Origin: an uncultured Poribacteria bacterium
GTDB taxonomy: Bacteria; Poribacteria; WGA-4E; WGA-3G
Length of the DNA stretch: 64,000 bases
Direction of reading: 5' to 3'
NCBI GenBank assembly: GCA_958296135.2
Contig: CATQHZ020000001.1
Location: 2,464,001 to 2,528,000, forward strand
A program made the position numbers and the translations under genes. Each line of letters starts with the position of its first letter. Within the stretch, counting starts at the first letter, position 1. Below, piece by piece: positions 30,666-39,899 of this stretch. The notes under the pieces are model-generated. The model saw nothing but the letters and a program-made list of their open reading frames with translations. It ran no database searches and was not told the origin of the DNA.

Positions 30666-30918
30666 CTTTTAACTCCTTTTTCACTTTTTGGTAAGTCCGC
30701 GCTGCTATTGTTATGACAAATTGGAGTGTTCCAAGCGCGCCAACCCCAAGCAAAGCACCGTGTCTAATGGTCTCCGCAATGCCGGTCCATTTTTCGCCGA
30801 TAGTATGCTTGACAAGAAGCGACAGGCCGTAAGCGCAAACAACGAAAGCAGCAACGTAAATCGCCTCAAGAATGAGATCGACTAACGAATCAAGGAAAAG
30901 TAAAAACTTCTGTTTCAA
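30643..30918 (-). CDS. Hypothetical 2-TM membrane protein
   Basis: TTG start with GAGGAG RBS; two hydrophobic helices. Confidence 0.6.
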   Translation of the reverse strand: MKQKFLLFLDSLVDLILEAIYVAAFVVCAYGLSLLVKHTIGEKWTGIAETIRHGALLGVGALGTLQFVITIAARTYQKVKKELKDEHDRNP

Positions 30919-31001
30919 AATGCTCCTCGGCTGCGGATGAGTTCGCGGCTAAAAGGGAGAAACTTGCGGTTTATCCCCAAAAGCGAGCCGACAAAACTCT
31001 A

Positions 31002-31472
31002 CTAGTGGTTTTCTCGGCTTAACGTGGCTATACGAGAGCCGGTTAATTCCGGAACCGTCAAGGTTTCTCCGTCTTGGAGGCGCAAAACAACGAACGCTAT
31101 GCTTTTCAGAATCTGCTCATTGACGGCCTTGTTGTCCTTGTTGATTCCCAATGCCTTCGCCATGGGAAGAACAAACCGTTGCCGTATCTCTGGAAAGATA
31201 GGATGTGTGCTGCGAGTCAAGAGCTGCAGCAGCAACGCAGCTCTATCAATCAATGTTTTGGTATCATCCGGATGGATAGGTGGTTTTTCCTCAAGGCCCC
31301 GTTGAATGACGTATCCAACGCTCCACCACATTGGTGCCATAAATTTAACGGAGTCCTCAGCGGAAACAACATCAAAATGGGGTTCGCATTGTTCCGTGAG
31401 GTATCGTTCAAAATCGGCGATGTGCTCTGTGGCCCATTCGTAGTTCGCATCCTGCATGTCTGCTTGTGCCAT
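31002..31472 (-). CDS. Hypothetical protein
   Basis: ATG with GAGGAG RBS downstream of a consensus promoter. Confidence 0.7.
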   Translation of the reverse strand: MAQADMQDANYEWATEHIADFERYLTEQCEPHFDVVSAEDSVKFMAPMWWSVGYVIQRGLEEKPPIHPDDTKTLIDRAALLLQLLTRSTHPIFPEIRQRFVLPMAKALGINKDNKAVNEQILKSIAFVVLRLQDGETLTVPELTGSRIATLSRENH

Positions 31473-31514
31473 GAGTTCTCCTCCTCAGATCCCAATTTTA
31501 ATGAGGTTTAATTT

Positions 31515-31543
31515 ATTATACCCTATCTTCCGGTATTTGTCAA
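31515..31543 (-). promoter_or_regulatory. Sigma-70 promoter TTGACA-N17-TATAAT
   Basis: Perfect consensus; heads the run of minus-strand genes that includes mod-res. Confidence 0.8.
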
Positions 31544-31562
31544 TTTTTTTTCGCCGAAAAAT

Positions 31563-31591
31563 TTGACACAAAATAGCATCCGTGCTACAAT
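31563..31591 (+). promoter_or_regulatory. Sigma-70 promoter TTGACA-N17-TACAAT with extended -10 TG
   Basis: Divergent partner of the previous promoter. Confidence 0.75.
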
Positions 31592-31634
31592 ACTCCTAAA
31601 TGATAACACACTTGCCGCAAGGAATACAAAACAG

Positions 31635-32711
31635 ATGACGCAAAAATCGATAGAACTCCTCACATCGCTGACGCAAGCCGATGGAGTCCCCGGCCACGAA
31701 GCCGAAGTCCGAGAGATTTTTCGCGCGGAATTGAAAGGCATCGGCACCATCGGGACAGATAGACTCGGCAGCATCTTCTGCACGCACGTCGGCAGCGCGG
31801 CATCCCCACGCATCCTGCTCGATTCGCACCTGGACGAAGTTGGGTTCATCGTGCAACGCGTGACCGAGGCAGGATATGTCAAGTTTTTACCGCTCGGCGG
31901 GTGGTGGGCACATACCCTCTTGGCGCAGCGCGTGACGATTTCAACGAAAATCGGCAAGGTGCCAGGCATCATCGGCTCGGTCCCACCACATCTGCTCGGC
32001 ACAGGAGCGCGCGACAAAGTAGTAGACATGAAAGAGCTCTTCATTGACATCGGCGCGGAAAGCAGCGAACAGGCAACGGAGGAATTCAGCGTGCTGCCGG
32101 GATGCCCCATCGCTCCCTACGGGCCCTTCCAACCGATGAAAAACAGCAAACTGTTCGCCGCTAAAGCGTTTGATAACCGCGTCGGGGTCGCGCTGGTAAT
32201 CGAAACGCTTTTAAGCATCCCAGAAGAACATCCGAACACCGTTATCGGCACCGGAAGCGTGCAGGAAGAAATCGGATTACGTGGTGCCAAAACGGTAACC
32301 GCAAGCGTGCAACCCGACATCGCAATCGTGCTTGAGGGACCGCCTGCAGACGATACCCCCGGATTGGATAGCGAGGCCGTGCAGGGAAAACTTGGCGGCG
32401 GTGTGCAAATTCGACTCTACGACCCTTCCATGGTAGTCAATCCGAAATTGGGAGAATTTGTCATCGAAACAGCGAAACGGCACCAGATTCCGTATCAAAT
32501 CGCCGTGCGCCAATCCGGCGGCACCGACGGCGGTTCGATTCATCAAATCGGAGCGGGCGTGCCATCAATCGTGCTCGGCGTGCCAGCGCGCTACGTGCAT
32601 AGCCACGTCTCTATCATCAACATTGACGACTATGCCGCGACGTTGCAACTGCTTGCGCACCTCGTCCGAGAAATAGATACCTCGGTTGTGGAGGGATTTT
32701 TGTTCGCGTAG
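31635..32711 (+). CDS. M42 family metallopeptidase
   Basis: SHLDEVG, KAFDNR, QEEIGLRGA, GGTDG, RYVHS. Confidence 0.93.
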   Translation: MTQKSIELLTSLTQADGVPGHEAEVREIFRAELKGIGTIGTDRLGSIFCTHVGSAASPRILLDSHLDEVGFIVQRVTEAGYVKFLPLGGWWAHTLLAQRVTISTKIGKVPGIIGSVPPHLLGTGARDKVVDMKELFIDIGAESSEQATEEFSVLPGCPIAPYGPFQPMKNSKLFAAKAFDNRVGVALVIETLLSIPEEHPNTVIGTGSVQEEIGLRGAKTVTASVQPDIAIVLEGPPADDTPGLDSEAVQGKLGGGVQIRLYDPSMVVNPKLGEFVIETAKRHQIPYQIAVRQSGGTDGGSIHQIGAGVPSIVLGVPARYVHSHVSIINIDDYAATLQLLAHLVREIDTSVVEGFLFA

Positions 32712-32730
32712 CCGCCACGGAGGATAAACA

Positions 32731-33561
32731 ATGACTTTACCGAAAATCTCGTTCTGTCATCACCAGATCAGCAAGCTGCTCATTGGCGATAACCCGATTT
32801 ACGGCTATTCGCACTTTAACCAACTGCTATCGCAGCATCAGCAGGAATATCACACGCCGGCGCGCGTCGTCGCAACGCTCAAGCGAGCCGAAGAAGTCGG
32901 CATTAACGGCTGGCAGAACAGCCTCACCGAACGCTCACTAGCTGACCTGACGCGCTACCGCGAGGAAGGCGGCACGATGAACTGGTTCTGCCTCAGCAGG
33001 AGCTCGGACTGGTACCACGAACCCGAACTGGTTTTTGAGGCAGCGAAGCACAACCCACTCGGCATGGCACCACACGGCGGCGGCGTGGGACAGCGATGCC
33101 TCCGAGAAAATAGACTCGAGCTGCTGCAGGATATCCTCAAACGGATTCGCGACACCGGATGCCTCGTCGGCTTGTCAGTGCATGACCCGAGACTCTTGCA
33201 CATCGCCGAAGACGAAGCGTGGGACCTTGACTACTACATGACCGGGCTCTATAACCTCCACGGCGGACAAGAAAAGTTCACGGAGAAGTTCGGATACGCA
33301 CCCCTCGGCGAAATCTATGCACGCGAAGACCGGGATGCAATGTGTGAAGCGATACAGCGAACCGATAAACCGTGCATCGTTTTCAAGGTGCTTGCCGCCG
33401 GACGGACGATCGGCAGTCCCGAGCAAATCCGCACCGAAATCAAATTCGCGATCGACCATATCAAACCGACCGATCCGCTTTTACTCGGCATGTACCAGCA
33501 ATTCGGCGACCAGGTCGGCGAAAACGCGGCGTTGATTACGGAACTTTGCCAGGAGATATGA
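32731..33561 (+). CDS. Hypothetical protein (aldo/keto reductase-like TIM barrel)
   Basis: ISKLLIGDNP, GLSVH, FKVLAAGR. Confidence 0.6.
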   Translation: MTLPKISFCHHQISKLLIGDNPIYGYSHFNQLLSQHQQEYHTPARVVATLKRAEEVGINGWQNSLTERSLADLTRYREEGGTMNWFCLSRSSDWYHEPELVFEAAKHNPLGMAPHGGGVGQRCLRENRLELLQDILKRIRDTGCLVGLSVHDPRLLHIAEDEAWDLDYYMTGLYNLHGGQEKFTEKFGYAPLGEIYAREDRDAMCEAIQRTDKPCIVFKVLAAGRTIGSPEQIRTEIKFAIDHIKPTDPLLLGMYQQFGDQVGENAALITELCQEI

Positions 33562-33574
33562 TGGAGGACGAAAA

Positions 33575-34558
33575 ATGGAAAGACGCACTTGTGGGGAATC
33601 CGGAATCGAAATCTCACCGATGGGCATCGGATGCTGGGCATACGGCGGCGGTGACTACTGGGGGCCGCAAGCACAATCCGATGTCACCGAAGTAGCGCAC
33701 GCGGCACTGGACGCAGGCATCAATTTCTTTGATACGGCGGAAGGCTATAACGACGGCAGAAGCGAAGAAGCACTCGCAATCGCGCTCAAAGGGAGACGAC
33801 ACGAGGCAGTCATCGGCACGAAGGTGAGCACGCCTAACCCGGCCACCATCCGAGAGCACTGCGAAGCCAGCCTCCGCCGACTGCAGACAGACTACGTCGA
33901 CATCTATATGATTCACTGGCCGCACGAAGAATTCGCCATTGAAAAAAGCATGGAGGTGTTAACGCGCCTCCGGGAAGATGGGCTTATCCGAGCCATCGGC
34001 GTAAGCAACTTCGGCGTGGGACAGCTGAAAGACACCATCGACACCGGCGCATCCATCGCCGTGAATCAACTTTGCTATAACCTTTTGTCGCGCGCAATAG
34101 AACCCGAACTCCTTCCGCTCTGCAAGCAATACAACATCGGTATCTTAGGATACATGCCGTTGTTGCAAGGAATTTTGACCGGCAAATATAGGAACGTCGA
34201 TGAGATTCCGCCGGTGCACTCGCGGTTTCGCCATTTTGGCGCAGACCGGCCGAACGCCTCACACGGCGAGAAAGGCGCGGAGGAAGAGATGTTCGAGACG
34301 CTAGAACGCATCCGAAGCATCGCTGAAGCGGAACAGGTGCCGATGAGCAAGCTCGCGATCGCCTGGGCGATGGCGAAACCGGGAATTACGTGCATGCTCG
34401 TTGGCACACGGAATGTCGGCGAACTAGAACAGAACCTGCACGCCGTTGAATACTCGCCTGCCGCCGAGGTGATTGAAAGCCTGGACAAGGTGACTGAACC
34501 GCTCTTGGAGAAAATGGGCGCGAACCCGGACTATTTCACCGGTGGGAAAATCCGATAA
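33575..34558 (+). CDS. Aldo/keto reductase
   Basis: FFDTAEGY, SLRRLQTDYVDIYMIHWP, IGVSNF. Confidence 0.95.
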   Translation: MERRTCGESGIEISPMGIGCWAYGGGDYWGPQAQSDVTEVAHAALDAGINFFDTAEGYNDGRSEEALAIALKGRRHEAVIGTKVSTPNPATIREHCEASLRRLQTDYVDIYMIHWPHEEFAIEKSMEVLTRLREDGLIRAIGVSNFGVGQLKDTIDTGASIAVNQLCYNLLSRAIEPELLPLCKQYNIGILGYMPLLQGILTGKYRNVDEIPPVHSRFRHFGADRPNASHGEKGAEEEMFETLERIRSIAEAEQVPMSKLAIAWAMAKPGITCMLVGTRNVGELEQNLHAVEYSPAAEVIESLDKVTEPLLEKMGANPDYFTGGKIR

Positions 34559-34574
34559 ACGGAGGACCTGATGC

Positions 34575-35453
34575 ATGACACTCAAATTTAACAAAGACCT
34601 CGGGAGCCCGTTGGCAACGTCAGCGGCAGACCTCACGCAAACCAACGCCGATGGCGCGCCGGTCGTACCACTGACGCAAGAGCAGAAATACCTGTTTGAT
34701 AAAAACGGGTGGCTCTTAATCCCAGGCGTGCTGACAGATTCCGAGGTTGAAGAGATGCGCGACTTTTGCTATCGGCTGCAGCGCGCCCCGGAGACAATCC
34801 CACAACATCACCGCTCCACCTACGGCGGCCCACTGGAGAAACTCACCGATCATCCGGTCGTTGTCGCATTCGGCAACGAATTCCTCGCATCGCCCTATCT
34901 AGCCTCTGAGACATGCTACGGGTTCCGCATGGAGATGAGTTTTCTGGCACTCCGCTCCACATCCGACGAAACGCCTTTCAAATTCCACGCGCACAACGGC
35001 AACGGAATGCTGCGGATGCCGGGCGACTGCCACGAATACCACTGCCTCCCCGGGCAAGCCTATAGCGGGTTGACGCGCGTGGTGTGGGAGCTCAACCCGG
35101 TTAAAAAAGGCGATGGCGGGACAATGTTCATCACCGGAAGCCACAAAGCCGCCTATACCGCACCTGAGGGCGCGCATACGCAAGACTGGGAGTTCTGGGA
35201 TACCTACTCCTGTCCCCCCGGGTCTGTCATTATCTTCACGGAGGCGACTACGCACAGCGGCCAGCCGTGGCGCAACCCGAACACCGATAGAGTCGCGGTT
35301 TTCAACGCCTATAACTCCGTCGATAAACGGTGGAGCTTATCAAAACCGCCGAAGGCACTGTTGGAATCGATGCCGCCAAAACGGCAGACGCTTTTCCGAG
35401 ACGCTTATGTGAAAGGCAACGTGACCGGCACAAAGTTTAATATGGCTCTGTAG
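34575..35453 (+). CDS. PhyH-family Fe/2-oxoglutarate oxygenase (HxG variant)
   Basis: QKYLFDKNGW, GSHK, TEATTH. Confidence 0.8.
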   Translation: MTLKFNKDLGSPLATSAADLTQTNADGAPVVPLTQEQKYLFDKNGWLLIPGVLTDSEVEEMRDFCYRLQRAPETIPQHHRSTYGGPLEKLTDHPVVVAFGNEFLASPYLASETCYGFRMEMSFLALRSTSDETPFKFHAHNGNGMLRMPGDCHEYHCLPGQAYSGLTRVVWELNPVKKGDGGTMFITGSHKAAYTAPEGAHTQDWEFWDTYSCPPGSVIIFTEATTHSGQPWRNPNTDRVAVFNAYNSVDKRWSLSKPPKALLESMPPKRQTLFRDAYVKGNVTGTKFNMAL

Positions 35454-35464
35454 ATTCGGAACCA

Positions 35465-35582
35465 GTAGGCGAGCCCTCCCGGTCTCGATGGCTTGTAGGA
35501 GAAACCTCCCGCGTCTCGATGGCCTTGTAGGAGAGCCCTCCCGGTCTCGATGGCTTGTAGGAGAAATCTCCCGCGTCTCGAT
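35465..35582. repeat. Tandem array of four 30-32 bp GTAG REP units
   Basis: Units like gtaggagagccctcccggtctcgatggctt start at 35465, 35495, 35527 and 35557. Confidence 0.9.
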
Positions 35583-35645
35583 CCGAAGTGTCAGGAAAAG
35601 CCCCATTCCGATTAAGGAACGGTCTATAGCAGGAGAATCAAAATC

Positions 35646-36470
35646 ATGACACCGAAACAACGATATCTATTTGACGTAACCGGCTACCTCCACTTAGAAA
35701 ACGTCATTACCGGCGATGCCTTAGCCGAGGCAACCGAAGCGGTGGATAGATATATCACGACACCACCCGATCAACTGCCACCGGGATTTGAAGTGAAGGG
35801 GCTACATCAGCACGGGTTCGCCTTTGACAAATCGCTGGAGGGCTTAACCATGCATGCCGCGACCTGGCCGATTATTAAGGAATTCACGGCGAATCAACCG
35901 CGGTTCGCGCGCGGCTCACTGAAACACGATAAGCACGCCCTGTGGGAACCAGGCGAACACGCACGGGTAAATCCGGGCGGATTGCACTGCGCACGCGATG
36001 ACTACGGATGGTATAGCACCCGCTACGAGGTAGACAATGGGCGCATCTATTGCGACAACTTCGTCTGCTTCACCTATTTCACCGACGTGCAACCGGGCGA
36101 CGGCGGGCTTATCGTGATCCCCGGTTCGCATAAAAGCGAGTTCACCCGGCCCGAAACTTTGCTCACGCTTGATGAAGAGGACGGCATCGATCCTGTCGAT
36201 AACCCGGTTTTCACCAACATCACGCCGAAGGCAGGGGATATTGTGATTATTTCAGAACTGCTCACGCACGGCGTGCTGCGATGGAAGCCGAAGGACAGAG
36301 ACCGGCGGTTCCTCGTGCTGCGTTATTATCCGCAATACGCTGGCAGACACAACCTCCCGCAACCCATTCTGGACCGGCTTTCGCCAGAGACGTTGGAATT
36401 AGTTGAATCCGCGCCGTATGGGCATATCAAGGAGATTGTGAAAAGCGATGAGGTGACGTTGACGGTGTAA
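35646..36470 (+). CDS. PhyH-family Fe/2-oxoglutarate oxygenase (HxA variant)
   Basis: QRYLFDVTGY, IPGSHK, ELLTHG. Confidence 0.82.
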   Translation: MTPKQRYLFDVTGYLHLENVITGDALAEATEAVDRYITTPPDQLPPGFEVKGLHQHGFAFDKSLEGLTMHAATWPIIKEFTANQPRFARGSLKHDKHALWEPGEHARVNPGGLHCARDDYGWYSTRYEVDNGRIYCDNFVCFTYFTDVQPGDGGLIVIPGSHKSEFTRPETLLTLDEEDGIDPVDNPVFTNITPKAGDIVIISELLTHGVLRWKPKDRDRRFLVLRYYPQYAGRHNLPQPILDRLSPETLELVESAPYGHIKEIVKSDEVTLTV

Positions 36471-36507
36471 GGTGTATGCGCGGACCGCCCCGCGCACACC
36501 TTTTCAT
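36469..36507. repeat. Palindromic element (second copy at 38397-38435)
   Basis: aaggtgtatgcgcggRccgcYccgcgcacaccttttcat. Confidence 0.75.
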
Positions 36508-36579
36508 CTACCGCCGCCCCGGCACAGAGACTTGTGCGGGAGTGCATCTTGTATCGCGAATACAACAGTTAATAGGGTA

Positions 36580-37629
36580 TTACTCCTCGCGCTTCAACTC
36601 GCCCCACTGTGCAGGAAACTGGCCCGCAGCAGAAACTGGTAGATACAGCGGCACCCAATCCGGCGAAAACTCTCTATAAGGCGTATCGGTGAGCTGCACA
36701 ATCTTGCCACTCGCACGATGATACCGATAAATATCAAAATTCTGAATCGGTAACTGGTCTAACAACCTATCTTCCGCCGCAACGAAAAGAATCTGTGTGC
36801 CCCCTGCCGCCCAACACGCATCACTGACTAGCCATGTCTCTGGAATCTTCAGAACGTTTGGATGTCTGCCGTGCTTGTCCACCACAATGAGTTTATTGGA
36901 GACGCGCAGCGGTTTCGCCGGATCGAACTGATATTCAATTTCAGCATACATCAAGTGTTGCCCATCCGGTGACCAGCACTGTGTGTAACGCGAAATCAGA
37001 TGTTCGCCAACAAGATGCGGCTGGGGGCCTTTGAGAAAAGGCCGCGGGCGGTTCCCTTCAATATCAACGATGTAGATATGGCGGCCGTTTGCACCGACAT
37101 GTTGATAAGCGATATGATGCCCATCCGGTGACCAATTCGGCGCGGAGGAGAACCCTGCTGCCCGCGCCGTTTTCGTGAGTTGTCTCAGCTCCCCACTTGC
37201 AACCTCCAGAATGTAAATCTCGAAATTGCCACCGCGGTTGCTTGTAAAGGCAATGTGTCGCCCATCGGGGGCCCAGGTGGGAGACCCGTCCAACTTTGGA
37301 TGGTGCGTGAGGCGCCGTTCATTGCTGCCATCAGCATCCATGAGGAAGATGTCAAATTGTTGGCCTTGTGCAGAGCGTAAGTCGCGCTCAAAAACGATGC
37401 GGCTGCCATCCGGAGACCAACGGGGGAGATACTCCCTCAGCGGCGTGTTGGTAAGTGGTGTGACAGTGCTGCCATCATCATTCATCACGTAGATGTCGCA
37501 GTTGCCATCGCGCGTGGAGTAGAAGACAATCGCGGCGAAGGCATGCGCCGCAGGAAGCAGCATGAAAACGAGCACGAGGCACGCCGCTGCACAGCCGGAT
37601 GCTGTCCTGTCTCTGTAAGTTAACATCAC
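36580..37629 (-). CDS. Secreted TolB-like (PD40) beta-propeller with C-terminal VSAAGQFPAQWGELK tail
   Basis: Signal peptide; repeated WSPDG motifs. Confidence 0.88.
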   Translation of the reverse strand: MMLTYRDRTASGCAAACLVLVFMLLPAAHAFAAIVFYSTRDGNCDIYVMNDDGSTVTPLTNTPLREYLPRWSPDGSRIVFERDLRSAQGQQFDIFLMDADGSNERRLTHHPKLDGSPTWAPDGRHIAFTSNRGGNFEIYILEVASGELRQLTKTARAAGFSSAPNWSPDGHHIAYQHVGANGRHIYIVDIEGNRPRPFLKGPQPHLVGEHLISRYTQCWSPDGQHLMYAEIEYQFDPAKPLRVSNKLIVVDKHGRHPNVLKIPETWLVSDACWAAGGTQILFVAAEDRLLDQLPIQNFDIYRYHRASGKIVQLTDTPYREFSPDWVPLYLPVSAAGQFPAQWGELKREE

Positions 37630-37651
37630 AATTTTCCTCCTGACTTAAGAG

Positions 37652-37684
37652 GCTGTCTAGGGAGGGGCGGCCCCCCTAGACAGC
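37652..37684. terminator. Stable hairpin between cargo and TolB gene (module C)
   Basis: gctgtctagggagg-ggcgg-cccccctagacagc. Confidence 0.55.
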
Positions 37685-37688
37685 GGTT

Positions 37689-37956
37689 TTAGTCTCGGCG
37701 GATCATAAATTCCCAGGTATCGTGCACCTCAACGGCAAACACCTCGCGATCATGAAACCGGAGCGCGGTATACGCGTCAATGAGATATCCCCCCGGGTCG
37801 AGCCCGCGACAGCTTGCGCCTTGCAAACCATCAAGATAGAGCGATAGGGGTGGCAAACAGACTCACCAAAACCAGCAAACCGATTCCCGCAAGGCACACT
37901 GTCCATGCGCCGCTTCTCGTCCCCGTGCGCGGGGAATTCAACAATGTCCTAAACAT
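37689..37956 (-). pseudogene. Internally deleted homologue of the 42181-42687 secreted protein
   Basis: Similar signal peptide (MFRT..PRTGT..GAWTV), then out-of-frame LDPGGYLIDAYT matching LDPGDEFTLSAYT. Confidence 0.75.
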
Positions 37957-38112
37957 CTTTCTCCTCCTTATGAGAAAGGGCAGAAGGTGATACCCCATTT
38001 CAGATATCCAAACCACTTGGACTTTCAAGGCACCATACCTCCCACGCGCGCTTAACTCTAATTATACCCTCCGAGGCATAAAAATTAAGGCCCTTTGCCA
38101 CTTTTTTTCACA
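37957..38112 (-). promoter_or_regulatory. Conserved promoter plus structured 5' leader, copy C
   Basis: AAAAAAGTG-N9-CTTAAT-N17-TATAAT, then leader with TCCAAG-TGG-TTTGGA hairpin and AGGAGG RBS. Confidence 0.8.
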
Positions 38113-38300
38113 ATATTCGCGGTTTTTCCTCGAAAAAAGCGCAAATCGGGCAAAATCTGATAGAAAAGTTGAACTTCTCCGGAAATTCTTCCGAAAAATC
38201 ATCGCATTCCTGAAAGGCGCGTACAGAAACTCGCGTAGACTGGGAAGCGGGCAGCCGCCGCGCCAACAAGCACTCCAGCTGCCCGGTATATCTTTACGCC

Positions 38301-38389
38301 TCAGTCCTGAAACGGAGACAACTGCGCCTTTAATATCCCCAACACCTCATGGTAGATTTGGGTCACGCGCGGCGCAGAGATATCCAACT
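38301..38389 (-). pseudogene. 3' remnant (region 4.2) of the sigma factor gene
   Basis: 89-bp near-identical copy (2 mismatches) of 39900-39988. Confidence 0.85.
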
Positions 38390-38433
38390 CCTTGGAAGGT
38401 GTATGCGCGGGCCGCTCCGCGCACACCTTTTCA

Positions 38434-39075
38434 TCAGTGAGAAAATGCCCTCGCACGCGAGGCGGCTGCCTTATCAGCCTGTGCACTCTTAAGAGATTTG
38501 AGCGTCTCTTCATGGGGCCACAGGGAGTAAGTTGCCTCATAGAGGGCTATCTCTTCGTCAAGAGTGATGACCTCCCCCAATTGCAATTTCAGACTTATGT
38601 CCACATTCGTGTGCACTGCCGGGATATCGCCAAACTGCTTGATGAGTTGTGCGCGACGAGCCTCTGCCCGCTCATACGGATCGGCAATCTCAAACCACAC
38701 TTTTGGCGGTGGGCCTTCTGCCTCTTCGGATTCGTGTGAGTGGATTTGAGGCCACGGCTCCACTTCATGGGTATGGGAGTGCTGTGTATCGTCTCGCCAA
38801 TCAACGTCAACATCAGCATCGTCCTCATGAGTGTGCGGATGCACGGAGGTATCAGCAGCTGCAGCCGCCCCTTCCGCCACTCCCGTCTCTTTGGAGGACT
38901 CTTCCGCGTCCTCCACGTCCAGAGGTTTGGAACGCGCAGACTCATTCTGCTGTTCAACCGGCTCTGGCACTTGAGGCAGGCTCTTATCAAAATCCTTTTT
39001 CGCCACCTCAAAGTAAATCTGAAATCCGGCTATCAGCAGCACGAGGACGATGGCCGGTAAAATGAGGTTACGCAT
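38434..39075 (-). CDS. Membrane-anchored acidic, His-rich hypothetical protein
   Basis: N-terminal TM; HPHTH and HSHTH motifs; GAAGGAG RBS. Confidence 0.75.
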   Translation of the reverse strand: MRNLILPAIVLVLLIAGFQIYFEVAKKDFDKSLPQVPEPVEQQNESARSKPLDVEDAEESSKETGVAEGAAAAADTSVHPHTHEDDADVDVDWRDDTQHSHTHEVEPWPQIHSHESEEAEGPPPKVWFEIADPYERAEARRAQLIKQFGDIPAVHTNVDISLKLQLGEVITLDEEIALYEATYSLWPHEETLKSLKSAQADKAAASRARAFSH

Positions 39076-39114
39076 TTTTTGACTCCTTCTCAAGATTGTG
39101 CCCAGTAGCAGAGA

Positions 39115-39155
39115 GCAGTGGGCCCTGGTTGTCCAGGGCCCACTTGCCTACACTT
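39115..39155. repeat. GC-rich hairpin, duplicated at 39292-39333
   Basis: gcagtgggccct...gggccc(ac)ttgcctacactt in both copies. Confidence 0.7.
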
Positions 39156-39344
39156 TTAAGACCAAATTAATTTGCTGGTTTGAGATGTCCAGCCCTCAAC
39201 CTAGGCGAGAATTGGAAGTCTCGCACTACAGGGTGAGAGCAACGCGCAGCTCACACATTAATTTGGTATCAGGTTGTGTCCAATAGCGGAGGCAGTGGGC
39301 CCTCCGTTTGCCAAGGGGCCCTTGCCTACACTTACGCGCCGAAA

Positions 39345-39638
39345 CTAACTGTCGCAGCTGTCACAATCGCCTGCAACGGTTTCTCGGATCGACTGATAGT
39401 CCAGTCTGCGCGTAACATCATGAACAACCGGATGCGCGCTTCCCGTTTTGTCATCCGGCGTGCTGGTCGAAGTCCAGCGGCGGAAAAACGAGACGCACTC
39501 GGTCCCACTCGCAGTTGTACATGTGTAACTCCGAGAGTGCAGTACAACTTCGTAGGGATTGGACTCGGATGGACTGCTGAAAATAGCCAGCATGGCAAAA
39601 GCCACCAGCAGCCCTAGCGTCAAAACTCGGATTCTCAT
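39345..39638 (-). CDS. Small secreted Cys-containing protein (97 aa)
   Basis: Signal peptide MRIRVLTLGLLVAFAMLAIFSSPSES; C..C and CDSC. Confidence 0.7.
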   Translation of the reverse strand: MRIRVLTLGLLVAFAMLAIFSSPSESNPYEVVLHSRSYTCTTASGTECVSFFRRWTSTSTPDDKTGSAHPVVHDVTRRLDYQSIRETVAGDCDSCDS

Positions 39639-39830
39639 TTTTCTTCTCCGCAACAGTTCCTTCAAGGAGTATTCTATAGATTCTCCCCAAAGGGAAGGGT
39701 GGAGGTTAATTCCCCATCTCGGATATCCAAACCGCTTGGACTTTCGAGGCACCATACCTCCCACGCGCGCTTAACTCCAATTATACCCTCCGAGGCATAA
39801 AAATTAAGGCCCTTTTTCACTTTTTTCACA
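39639..39830 (-). promoter_or_regulatory. Conserved promoter plus structured 5' leader, copy B
   Basis: Same promoter boxes and leader core as copies A and C, with a different 3' part. Confidence 0.8.
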
Positions 39831-39899
39831 ATAGGTGCGTTTTTTCACGAAAAAACGCATATCGGGCAAAAAATGGAAGAAACCTGCCCGGCACCCACC

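Noticed and set aside
35465-35582. Possible CRISPR array
   Set aside because: Head-to-tail REP units separated by only 5-6 near-constant bases
38050-38090. Module promoters as integron attC sites (GTTAAGC fits GTTRRRY; imperfect palindrome)
   Set aside because: The palindrome is only ~40 bp, has no clear L boxes, there is no integrase in the window, and the boxes are better explained as a promoter; not fully excluded
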